Of a stretch of DNA of 64,000 bases, positions 54,853 to 63,233 are shown piece by piece. The stretch's first letter is position 1, and each line of letters begins with the position of its first letter. Source of the stretch: Propionibacteriaceae bacterium (GTDB taxonomy: Bacteria; Actinomycetota; Actinomycetes; Propionibacteriales; Propionibacteriaceae); NCBI GenBank assembly GCA_045806785.1, contig JBJMIR010000114.1:10913-74912 (forward strand), written 5' to 3'. Below the pieces are notes generated by a model. The model searched no databases. It was not told the origin of the DNA and saw nothing but the letters and a program-made list of their open reading frames with translations. The position numbers and the translations under genes were made by a program.

Positions 54853-55791
54853 ATGAAGAGCGTCACTGATGCCGACTTGGACGATCTAGGGCAGTTGCTC
54901 AAAAAGGCGCGAGAGCAGTCAGGGCTATCTCAGCGCAAGGCCGCTGAAGCTGCGAAAATTAGCCCGACCTACGTGCGGACTCTCGAATCTAGTAGCAATC
55001 CCAACACAAATAAGCCGTCGCGGCCGTCTCCGGAAGTGCTCTTGGCAATGGGCAATGCTTTGAAAGTTGATCCGGAGATTCTTTTCGACATGGCCGGCTA
55101 TGATCCCGAATTAACCAAGCAGGTTGCGCCAACGATCGGTGACTCTGCGCAAAGAAGTATCGACTCCGACTTAAGAAGGATGCGGGACGCGACCAAGAAA
55201 TTAGATCAGCGACACGACTTTATCAAGATGCAATCGGTCGAACGTTTCAGCAAGTTCACGAAGGAATTTCTAGCAATGGCCGACGGGACCTTCCGATGTC
55301 GGGCGGAGGAGGAGCCATACCTCACAAGAGTGGCCTACTGGCAGGCCAAGTCAACAATACGGGCCGTAAGCTATCAGGATGAGCAATGGTGGGAAAGTAA
55401 GCGTGGCCGCGACTATCTTAGGCTTCACGATGAAGTCCGCAAGAAGAACAATATAGAGATCACTCGTATCTTCTTGGTTCCCGAGGATAGGCAGCCGGAG
55501 CTGAAGAAGACATTCGAAAAGCATGTGGAGCTGGGGATATCTACATTTGTTATGTCCCCCCGCGACGTGGGGGTCGAGCTTTGTCGAGACCTTGTGCTCT
55601 TCGACGACGAGCTGCTTCGAGTTGGTGGCTCGCCACGAATTGACGATCTCAAGGCGGCTGAGTTTACTGATAATCGTGCTCGTATCGAACAAGCGCGTGG
55701 AGACTTTGAGGCTCTCCATCGAATTGCGAGCAACACTCCTACCGAAGCACAACACATACTCGACTTGATCGATTCAGGCACGCTGGCCTGA
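54853..55791 (+). CDS. XRE-family HTH protein fused to an unrecognised C-terminal alpha/beta domain (312 aa)
   Basis: HTH at LGQLLKKAREQSGLSQRKAAEAAKISPTYVRTLE. C-terminal strand/helix pattern (TIRAVSY, IEITRIFLV, ISTFVMS, RDLVLFDDELLRV). GAGG lies 6 nt before ATG 54853. Codon use is AT-shifted. Confidence 0.75.
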   Translation: MKSVTDADLDDLGQLLKKAREQSGLSQRKAAEAAKISPTYVRTLESSSNPNTNKPSRPSPEVLLAMGNALKVDPEILFDMAGYDPELTKQVAPTIGDSAQRSIDSDLRRMRDATKKLDQRHDFIKMQSVERFSKFTKEFLAMADGTFRCRAEEEPYLTRVAYWQAKSTIRAVSYQDEQWWESKRGRDYLRLHDEVRKKNNIEITRIFLVPEDRQPELKKTFEKHVELGISTFVMSPRDVGVELCRDLVLFDDELLRVGGSPRIDDLKAAEFTDNRARIEQARGDFEALHRIASNTPTEAQHILDLIDSGTLA

Positions 55792-55968
55792 AGATCGACC
55801 GCCTTCGTTATCACTCCAATCGCACATCGCCGAGTCGAGTGGCTTTCAACACACGAGCTGAGCAAACCCCTTAATGTCAGCCTCGTCGCGTGTGGCGGGG
55901 CAGGCGACTCACAAAGTGACGAGTGGGATGCCTGTTCAGAGCTAGGCAGTGCTTGTGGAGTCGGGGGA

Positions 55969-57087
55969 ATGGACACGTGTGTGATTGCTGCTGGTGCTTC
56001 GAAAGCGTCACAACTCGCGGGTCAACAGGTCGTTGTTGTAGGCGCTGGTGTGATTGGTCTGTCTACAGCTATCGAACTGCGGCTCGCGGGTGCGAACGTA
56101 ACGGTCTTCACATCACCGAACTACCCGATGGTCTCGCCAATGGCGTGCGCCCTATTCCTTCCGTGGATGGGACCGGACAGCGCTGTCCTCTGGAGTGGCC
56201 CTCTGGAGCGGGCAGTCGTGAATAGCTGGCACCGCTATGAATCGTTGCTGAATGAGTTCGGCACAACTGCCGGGATACGGTCCGCCACGAACCACGAGTA
56301 CTTAGGAGCTGGGGATCCCGATCCTCCTGACAGGCTTCGCTCTATTCTCACACCGTCCACCATATCACCCTGCAATGTGCAATTTGTCGGAAACTACTAT
56401 GACCGCGTTTGGAAATTCGAAACAATTGTAATTGACATGAGTTGCTATATGTCCTGGCTTGGCATGAAAGCATTGTCTCTGGGCATCGCTATCAAGAAGC
56501 AACATCTGGAATCCCTCAGCGATACTTTCGATCACGAGACGTATGTGATTGTCAATTGCTCCGGACTTGGTGCGAGGACGCTAGCTCCCGACAAGGCCGT
56601 GAGGCCGGTAAGGGGTCAAGTGCTTTTCTTTAAGCCAATAGATCAAGATGTCCTAATCAACTTCGTGGGGATTGGCATAGGCGAGTATTGCCTGATTCCG
56701 CGCATCACTGATGTGGGACTGGGAAGTTTGTTTGAGCAGGAAATCGATTGTGATGAGATTTGGCCCGGACGCTCAGAGCGTAATGAGAGAAGACTTTGGG
56801 CCGCACTCGACGCATTGGTTGAGTTATCTGGTGTGGATCGATCAGCGCTTGAGTTCTCCGGCCGAACGTCAGTTGGTCTTCGTCCTATTCGTGAAGGCGG
56901 TTACAGGCTAGAGGCGCTGTGGCATGGCGACCGTTTGGTCGTACACAATTATGGACATGGTGGCTTGGGAGTAACTGTGGCCTGGGGCTGCGCGAATCAG
57001 GTAGTTGATTTGATACGTAGAGAACTTGCGGGAACAGCGGCAGGAAATCGGGGCCATCGGCGTCCGGAAAGCCTCGACCGAGGTTGA
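55969..57087 (+). CDS. D-amino-acid oxidase (DAO) family FAD-dependent oxidoreductase
   Basis: Rossmann VVVVGAGVIGLSTA. VVHNYGHGGLGVTVAWGCA fits the classical DAO signature [LIVM](2)-H-[NHA]-Y-G-x-[GSA](2)-x-G-x5-G-x-A. The last 12 or so codons read antisense through the aminotransferase remnant. Confidence 0.8.
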   Translation: MDTCVIAAGASKASQLAGQQVVVVGAGVIGLSTAIELRLAGANVTVFTSPNYPMVSPMACALFLPWMGPDSAVLWSGPLERAVVNSWHRYESLLNEFGTTAGIRSATNHEYLGAGDPDPPDRLRSILTPSTISPCNVQFVGNYYDRVWKFETIVIDMSCYMSWLGMKALSLGIAIKKQHLESLSDTFDHETYVIVNCSGLGARTLAPDKAVRPVRGQVLFFKPIDQDVLINFVGIGIGEYCLIPRITDVGLGSLFEQEIDCDEIWPGRSERNERRLWAALDALVELSGVDRSALEFSGRTSVGLRPIREGGYRLEALWHGDRLVVHNYGHGGLGVTVAWGCANQVVDLIRRELAGTAAGNRGHRRPESLDRG

Positions 57088-57125
57088 TCGCCGGCCTGGC
57101 CAGGGCCCATGCGGACAACCCTAGT
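57051..57125 (-). pseudogene. Decayed 5' fragment of a second aminotransferase gene copy
   Basis: The minus strand reads ..LSAWALARPAINLGRGFPDADGP, against ..MSARALATQSINLGQGFPDTDGP in the intact gene. The 15-nt core GACCGAGGTTGATCG is shared (57076-57090 and 54250-54264). The fragment ends abruptly at the islet border. Confidence 0.65.
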
Positions 57126-57146
57126 TCGTCCGCATGCCTCACTGGC

Positions 57147-57566
57147 TCAACTGGCGTCCGCAAGGAAGGAGAGGCGTACCTCGCGGTTCGCGTTATCGAC
57201 GTTGAGATCGACCATGGCAACCGACTGCCACGTACCCAAGGCCATTTCGCCGCGAACGACCGGAATCGTGGCGTACGGCGCGATGAGCGCTGGCATCACA
57301 TGTGACCGGCCATGGCCGCGGGAGCCGTGGGCGTGTCGCCAGCGGTTGTCGGCGGGCAACAGGTCCCGCAGTACAGCCAGCAGGTCGTCGTCGCTGGCTG
57401 AGCCCAGTTCGATTAGCGCGATACCTGCGGTGGCGTGTGGGACGAACACGTGCAGCAGGCCGTCGCCGCCGGCCGCCGCATCGCGCAGAAAGGCCGCGCA
57501 CTGCGGGGTGAGATCGTGGACTGCTTCACTGCGTCCCGTGGTCACCTCGATCACCGTGCTCTTCAT
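57147..57566 (-). CDS. YjbQ/UPF0047 family protein (secondary thiamine-phosphate synthase-like)
   Basis: Contains LLHVFVPHATAGIALIE .. HGRSHVMPAL .. LGTWQSV, the conserved YjbQ pattern. 139 aa. Confidence 0.8.
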   Translation of the reverse strand: MKSTVIEVTTGRSEAVHDLTPQCAAFLRDAAAGGDGLLHVFVPHATAGIALIELGSASDDDLLAVLRDLLPADNRWRHAHGSRGHGRSHVMPALIAPYATIPVVRGEMALGTWQSVAMVDLNVDNANREVRLSFLADAS

Positions 57567-57679
57567 GGCTTTATCTCTTACCCATCGACAGCTGCCGGCA
57601 ACGAAGCCGGGATCTGTCGTCGTAGCGCGGGAGTTAGGCTCGATTGGACGAGGGTGTCGGCAGACCAGGGAGGTTCTTG

Positions 57680-59155
57680 ATGTTGAACGCGACGGAAACG
57701 GACTTGCTGGAGTCAGTACCGGATGGGCTGTTCATCGGCGGTGAATGGCGTTCGGCCGCCTCGGGTTCCACCTTGAAGGTGTACGACCCTGCGACCGCCG
57801 AGGTGATCAAGACCATTGCCGACGCAGGCGTCGAGGACGGTGCCGCAGCCTTGGACGCAGCGGTCGAATCTGCCGCCGACTGGGCCAAAACGCCACCTCG
57901 TGAGAGGGCAGAGATTCTGCGCCGCGCCTTCGAGCTAATCCGAGAGCGCCAGGACGAAGTCGCACTGTTGATGACGCTCGAGATGGGCAAGCCGCTGGCC
58001 GAGTCCAAGGCTGAAGCCACGTACGGCAATGAGTTTCTGCGCTGGTTCTCCGAGGAGGCGGTCCGGATCTTCGGCCGCTACGGCGTCAATCCCGAGAGCA
58101 CCGGCCGGATGATCGTTTCGCAACATCCGGTCGGCCCCTGCTTCTTGATCACTCCATGGAACTTTCCGCTGGCGATGGCGACTCGCAAGACCGGTCCGGC
58201 GCTAGCCGCCGGCTGCACCGTAGTGATCAAGCCTCCGGAGCTGACCCCGTTGACGACGCTGTACTTTGTCAAGGTCCTCGCCGAGGCGGGCCTGCCGCCT
58301 GGGGTTGTCAACGTGGTCACCACGTCAACATCGGGAAAGGTGTCGGCGCCGATCATCGCCGATCCTCGGCTGCGCAAGTTGAGCTTCACTGGCTCTACAG
58401 AGGTAGGTCGCAAGCTCTATGAGCAGGCAGCCGGCAATATCCTCCGGATCTCCATGGAGCTGGGCGGCAACGCACCCTTCCTGATCTTCGACGATGCTGA
58501 TCTTGGCGCGGCCGTCGAGGGTGCCATGCTTGCCAAGTTCCGCAATGTTGGTCAGGCCTGCACGGCCGCCAACCGGTTCATCGTCCATGAGGCGGTTGCC
58601 GACGAATTTGCAGCCCGGGTGACCGAGCGAGTCCAGGCGTTCAAGATTGGCCGCGGCACCGAGGACGGCGTCCAGATCGGTCCGCTGATCAACGACGATG
58701 CGGTCCAGAAGGCCGACGCATTGGTACGAGATGCGACTGAGCGCGGAGCCAAGGTGCTGACCGGTGGTCACCCGATCGATCGGGCCGGCACGTTCTATGA
58801 GCCGACCGTTGTGGCCGGCGTACGACCCGGCAGCGACATCCTCCGCGAGGAGATCTTCGGACCAGTGCTGAGCATCGTGACCTTCAGTGATGAGGCGGAT
58901 GGCATTCGGATCGCCAATGACACCGAATACGGGCTGGTCGCGTACGCATTTACCAAGAATCTGGCGCGCGGCCAGCGCCTCATCGAATCGCTGGAAACCG
59001 GGATGCTGGGCCTGAACGTCGGCGTGGTGTCGAACGCGGCGGCTCCCTTCGGCGGCGTGAAGCAGTCCGGGATCGGGCGCGAGGGCGGCTTCGAGGGAAT
59101 TGAGGAATACCTGTCCACCAGGTACACCTTGACGCCGAATCCGTTCGCCGACTGA
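57680..59155 (+). CDS. gabD: NAD(P)+-dependent succinate-semialdehyde dehydrogenase (aldehyde dehydrogenase family)
   Basis: Contains ITPWNFP, ELGGNAP and GQACTAANR (catalytic Cys) motifs. AGGGAGG lies before ATG 57680. Confidence 0.8.
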   Translation: MLNATETDLLESVPDGLFIGGEWRSAASGSTLKVYDPATAEVIKTIADAGVEDGAAALDAAVESAADWAKTPPRERAEILRRAFELIRERQDEVALLMTLEMGKPLAESKAEATYGNEFLRWFSEEAVRIFGRYGVNPESTGRMIVSQHPVGPCFLITPWNFPLAMATRKTGPALAAGCTVVIKPPELTPLTTLYFVKVLAEAGLPPGVVNVVTTSTSGKVSAPIIADPRLRKLSFTGSTEVGRKLYEQAAGNILRISMELGGNAPFLIFDDADLGAAVEGAMLAKFRNVGQACTAANRFIVHEAVADEFAARVTERVQAFKIGRGTEDGVQIGPLINDDAVQKADALVRDATERGAKVLTGGHPIDRAGTFYEPTVVAGVRPGSDILREEIFGPVLSIVTFSDEADGIRIANDTEYGLVAYAFTKNLARGQRLIESLETGMLGLNVGVVSNAAAPFGGVKQSGIGREGGFEGIEEYLSTRYTLTPNPFAD

Positions 59156-59260
59156 TGAACGGCCCCGCCATGCCAGAGAGTGGTCACAGACGACATCATC
59201 CGGTTCGGGATTCCTCGTTGTTTGCGACCGCTTACTGAGAGGGGCGGGCGGCTGGATACA

Positions 59261-59830
59261 GTGCCGGTCGTGACTACTCCGACTGTTGCCGAGGACACTG
59301 CGGAGCTGACTGAGCGGATTCAGGAGCTGGCGATCATACGCGGGGCCGTCACACTCTCCTCGGGCCGCACCTCCGACTACTACGTCGACATGCGGCGGGT
59401 CACGCTGAACGGCGCAGTGGCGCCCATCATCGGCCGGGTGATGCGCGCCCTGGTCGCCGACTGGGACTTCGAGGCAGTCGGCGGTCTGACGCTCGGTGCC
59501 GACCCGGTTGCCGGAGCCATGATGCACGCAGCCGCAGCCGCCGGTGAGCGACTCGACGCCTTCGTGGTCCGCAAGGAAGGCAAGACCCACGGGTTGCAGC
59601 AGCGCATCGAGGGGCCTTCGGTCAGTGGGCGTCGGGTACTTGCCGTCGAAGACACCAGCACAACCGGTGCTTCGGTGCTGACCGCTGTTACCGCATTGCG
59701 CGAGGAAGGAGCGCAAGTCGTCGGAGTCGCGGTCATCGTTGACCGCAATACCGGCGCCAAGGAGGCCGTCGAGTCCGCTGGACTGCCGTACCGCGCGGCG
59801 ATTTCCGCGCATGACCTGGGCTTGGCGTAA
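59261..59830 (+). CDS. pyrE: Orotate phosphoribosyltransferase
   Basis: Contains LSSGRTSDYYVDMR and the PRPP-binding VLAVEDTSTTGAS. The GTG 59261 start is inferred from the typical length. Confidence 0.85.
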   Translation: MPVVTTPTVAEDTAELTERIQELAIIRGAVTLSSGRTSDYYVDMRRVTLNGAVAPIIGRVMRALVADWDFEAVGGLTLGADPVAGAMMHAAAAAGERLDAFVVRKEGKTHGLQQRIEGPSVSGRRVLAVEDTSTTGASVLTAVTALREEGAQVVGVAVIVDRNTGAKEAVESAGLPYRAAISAHDLGLA

Positions 59831-59942
59831 GGCCTATCGGGTGCCGTGGCCCCTCACCGGTTAGGGTTGATTGCGGCTCGTCGAAACGAGATGCTGCCCT
59901 TCGACAAGCTCAGGGCGCATGCACCCAAGCTAAGGAGATCTG

Positions 59943-60824
59943 ATGGGTACCGCCATCACCGTGATCATCATCATCTTGGTGATCGTCGTCATCCTCGCGC
60001 TCATCGGCATGAGCTCGTACAACGGCTTCGTCAAATCGCGAAACTTGATTCAGGAATCCTGGCGGCAGATCGATGTCGAACTGAACCGCCGTTATGAGCT
60101 GATCCCGAACTTGGTCGAGACGGTTCGGGCGTACGCCGCGCACGAGCGCAACACCCTTGAGGACATCACCAGGCTGCGCAGCCAGGCTCAGCAGTTGTCC
60201 CAGTCTGAGGGCTCACTGCCCAGCCAGCAGCGCGCCGATGTCGAGACAGCGCTCTCCGGAGCGGTCCGGAACTTGATCGTCAGCGTCGAGGCGTACCCCG
60301 ACCTCAAGAGCAACCAGAACTTCCTTGAGCTGCAAAGGCAGCTCGCCGAGACCGAGGATCGGATCGCCGCAGGTCGCCGGTTCTACAACGCCAACGTCCG
60401 GGTCTACAACACCAAGGTGGAGTCGGTGCCGACGAACATCATCGCCAACATGTTCAAGTTCGAAAAGGCCACGTACTTCCAGGTTGACGAACCCGCCGTA
60501 CGCCAAGCGCCAGATGTCAGCTTCGGCGAAATCGCCTACCGTGGCGATCCCGAGCAGCAGCGGCAACTGCCGCCGCAGCAGTCGGCCCCCCAGCAATCGA
60601 CACCGCCGGTGCAGTTCGACAAGCAGAGTGACGACGCGCTCCCCAATCCGCAGGAGTATCAGCAGCCGCCCCAGGCTTACCAGCCACCACAGCAGGGCCA
60701 ATATCAGCCACCTCAGCAGGGTGATTATCAGGCACCGCAGCAGCAGGGCGGCGGTTACCAGGCGCCGCAGCAGGGCGGTTATCTTCCGCCTGAAACTGGG
60801 CAACAGAACCCGAATCAGCGGTAG
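59943..60824 (+). CDS. LemA family protein with a Gln/Pro-rich C-terminal tail
   Basis: N-terminal TM helix. YNGFVKSRNLIQESWRQIDVELNRRYELIPNLV is the LemA core. AAGGAG lies before the ATG. Confidence 0.85.
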   Translation: MGTAITVIIIILVIVVILALIGMSSYNGFVKSRNLIQESWRQIDVELNRRYELIPNLVETVRAYAAHERNTLEDITRLRSQAQQLSQSEGSLPSQQRADVETALSGAVRNLIVSVEAYPDLKSNQNFLELQRQLAETEDRIAAGRRFYNANVRVYNTKVESVPTNIIANMFKFEKATYFQVDEPAVRQAPDVSFGEIAYRGDPEQQRQLPPQQSAPQQSTPPVQFDKQSDDALPNPQEYQQPPQAYQPPQQGQYQPPQQGDYQAPQQQGGGYQAPQQGGYLPPETGQQNPNQR

Positions 60825-60853
60825 TGGTCCGGGGGTCTGACGTGCCCGCGGAA

Positions 60854-61798
60854 ATGACCTATCAGCAGCTTGGGCCCTCGGGGCTGACCGTCTCCACAAT
60901 CGGAATCGGCTGCAACAACTTCGGCTCCCGGATGCCCGACCACGAGGTGCCAAGCGTGGTGAACACCGCGATCGATGCTGGCATCACGTTGTTCGACACT
61001 GCCGATGTCTACGGCAATGCCGGCGGCTCGGAAACCCTGCTCGGCAAGGCCCTCGGCTCTCGGCGCGATGAGGTGATCATCGCGACCAAGTTCGGCTCCG
61101 ATATGCGGGGCGCGAACGGACCGGATTGGGGTGCCCGGGGTTCCCGCCGCTACATCAGGATTGCGGTGGAGAGCAGTCTGCGCCGCCTGGACACGGACTG
61201 GATCGACCTCTATCAGATGCATGAGCCAGATCCCCATACGCCGATCGAGGAGACGCTGGCAGCGCTCAGCGAGATTGTGGCCGAAGGCAAGGTGCGCTAC
61301 ATCGGCTCGTCGAACTTTGCAGGCTGGCAGGTGATGGATGCCGACTGGATATCTCGTACCAGCGGCTACGAGGCCTTTATCTCCGCGCAGAACGAGTACT
61401 CCTGGCTGAACCGCTCCGTCGAACGGGAGCTGGTTCCGGCCCTCGAACACACCGGGCAGAGCCTGCTTCCCTACTTTCCGCTCGCATCCGGATTGCTGAC
61501 CGGCAAATATCACCGCGGCGAGCCGGCGCCACAGGGCAGCCGGCTGGCCCGCAATCGAGTGCGGCTCGATCGGGCGAACTTCGATGTCATCGAGGCGCTC
61601 GAGGCGTACGCGGACGAACGCAACCTCTCCATCCTTCAGGTCGCCATTGGCGGATTGGTCGCGATGCCGACTGTTGGCTCTGTGATAGCGGGTGCTACCT
61701 CGGCCGAGCAGGTGAAACAGAATGTGGAGGCTGGACTGTGGATGCCCAGCGGAGATGATCTTGAGGTGCTGCTGGACATCACCGAGTCACTCGTCTGA
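60854..61798 (+). CDS. Aldo/keto reductase
   Basis: Contains LGPSGLTVSTIGIGCNNFG, FDTADVYG and IDLYQMHEPD motifs. Confidence 0.85.
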   Translation: MTYQQLGPSGLTVSTIGIGCNNFGSRMPDHEVPSVVNTAIDAGITLFDTADVYGNAGGSETLLGKALGSRRDEVIIATKFGSDMRGANGPDWGARGSRRYIRIAVESSLRRLDTDWIDLYQMHEPDPHTPIEETLAALSEIVAEGKVRYIGSSNFAGWQVMDADWISRTSGYEAFISAQNEYSWLNRSVERELVPALEHTGQSLLPYFPLASGLLTGKYHRGEPAPQGSRLARNRVRLDRANFDVIEALEAYADERNLSILQVAIGGLVAMPTVGSVIAGATSAEQVKQNVEAGLWMPSGDDLEVLLDITESLV

Positions 61799-61810
61799 CG
61801 ACGATGCCGA

Positions 61811-62452
61811 TCAGACGGCTGGGGATTCGGATTTGTTGCGACGCCGGTGCCGCAGATACTCGATTCCCATCGGTACCAGTGAGGCGGCCACGATCAAGAC
61901 CAACACCAGATCGATGTTGTTCTTGATGAAGGGGATGTTGCCAAGGAAGTAGCCGGCGATCGTCACGCCGCACACCCAGAGCACGCCACCAATCGCGGTG
62001 TAGGTGATGAAATGCCGGAAATCCATCTTGCCGACGCCTGCCACCAACGTGACGAAGGTACGCACGATGGGCACGAACCGCGCCAGGATCAGGGCCCGGT
62101 TGCCATAGCGCTCGAAGAACGCGTGTGTCCTCTCGACATAGGACTGCTTGAAGATCTTGCCCGCAAGCCCGGGCCGCTCTTTGAACAGCGGCGGCCCGAT
62201 CTTGCGCCCGATCGCATAGCCGCTGACGTTGCCCAATACGGCGGCAACGGTCAGCACGATGCAGACGAACACCAGGTTGTACGGAATCACACCAGCCGCC
62301 ACCAGCAAGCCCACCGTAAACAGCAGTGAATCGCCCGGCAGGATGGCGAAGAGCCCGCACTCGGCGAAGATTACGAACGCGACACCCCACAGCGCGTACG
62401 GCCCGAAGGACTTGATCAGTGCTTCCGGGTCCATCCACGACGGCAGCAGCAT
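61811..62452 (-). CDS. DedA/VTT-domain membrane protein
   Basis: Contains FAECGLFAILPGDSLLFTVG and ARFVPIVRTF motifs. The start is uncertain (62452, or further upstream). Confidence 0.8.
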   Translation of the reverse strand: MLLPSWMDPEALIKSFGPYALWGVAFVIFAECGLFAILPGDSLLFTVGLLVAAGVIPYNLVFVCIVLTVAAVLGNVSGYAIGRKIGPPLFKERPGLAGKIFKQSYVERTHAFFERYGNRALILARFVPIVRTFVTLVAGVGKMDFRHFITYTAIGGVLWVCGVTIAGYFLGNIPFIKNNIDLVLVLIVAASLVPMGIEYLRHRRRNKSESPAV

Positions 62453-62535
62453 TGGGACCAGTGCAGCGGCCTCGAGAGGGGTCACGTGGGCAAACGGTAC
62501 CGTCGCAGACTGTGAGTTTCCTAAGCGACCAGCAG

Positions 62536-63147
62536 ATGACCGAGGCATCTGGCGAGCCCGGTGTCGGACCACATCCGCATCCCTGGCCGAACGACGACCG
62601 ACTTGACCTTGAACTGCTCGAGCAGGGCGACCGGCGCAATGTGATCGATCGCTATCGCTATTGGAAGCTCTCGGCCATCGTTGCTGATCTTGACGCCCGG
62701 CGCCATCCGCTCCAGATCGCGATCCAGAACTGGGAACACGACTTCAACATCGGTTCCATCGTGCGCACCGCGAACGCCTTCAATGTCGCGGGCGTACACA
62801 TCATCGGACGGCGGCGATGGAACCGGCGCGGAGCAATGGTGACTGACCGCTACCTCCGGGTCTCCCATCATCCATCGGTGACTGACTTCGGTGATCAGCT
62901 GGCGGCCGACAACTACGTCGTCATAGGCGTTGACAATCTGCCGGGTGCCCGGCCACTGGAGCCCTACGAGCTACCGCAGCGGACCTGCTTGGTGTTCGGC
63001 TCGGAAGGTCCTGGACTGACCGAGGAACTGGTGGCGATCTGCAAAGATCTGGTCGCCATTAGCCAATATGGATCAACAAGATCGCTTAATGCTGGAGCCG
63101 CAGCGGCTATCGCCATGTACCACTGGGCGCTGCGCTGGGCGAGCTGA
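62536..63147 (+). CDS. TrmH/SpoU-family RNA 2'-O-methyltransferase
   Basis: Contains HDFNIGSIVRTANAF, LVFGSEGPGL and SLNAGAAAAIAMY (SPOUT knot motifs). Confidence 0.8.
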   Translation: MTEASGEPGVGPHPHPWPNDDRLDLELLEQGDRRNVIDRYRYWKLSAIVADLDARRHPLQIAIQNWEHDFNIGSIVRTANAFNVAGVHIIGRRRWNRRGAMVTDRYLRVSHHPSVTDFGDQLAADNYVVIGVDNLPGARPLEPYELPQRTCLVFGSEGPGLTEELVAICKDLVAISQYGSTRSLNAGAAAAIAMYHWALRWAS

Positions 63148-63233
63148 CATCTTGTGGCCCGCCCTCACGGCTGGCGCATACTGACAGTTGCGGTCCAATG
63201 AGCTGGATCGAACCAGGTGGTGAGGAGGCGTAG

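Larger units (their letters stand above)
54353..57050. mobile_element. AT-shifted genomic islet (no mobility gene seen), bracketed by direct copies of the aminotransferase 5' end
   Basis: Hand counts give 19/60 G+C at 54461-54520 and 31/60 at 55141-55200, against 39/60 at 53221-53280. Region 54225-54290 aligns with 57051-57116 at 55 of 66 positions. Confidence 0.45.

Noticed and set aside
55351-55976. Two minus-strand ORFs (134 and 183 aa) inside the XRE-type gene
   Set aside because: They are antisense to a gene with a clear HTH motif. They have no start context or motifs.
58325-59812. 495-aa ORF antisense to gabD and pyrE
   Set aside because: It spans two well-supported plus-strand genes and their intergenic gap. 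It is a mirror frame of high-GC coding sequence with no motifs.
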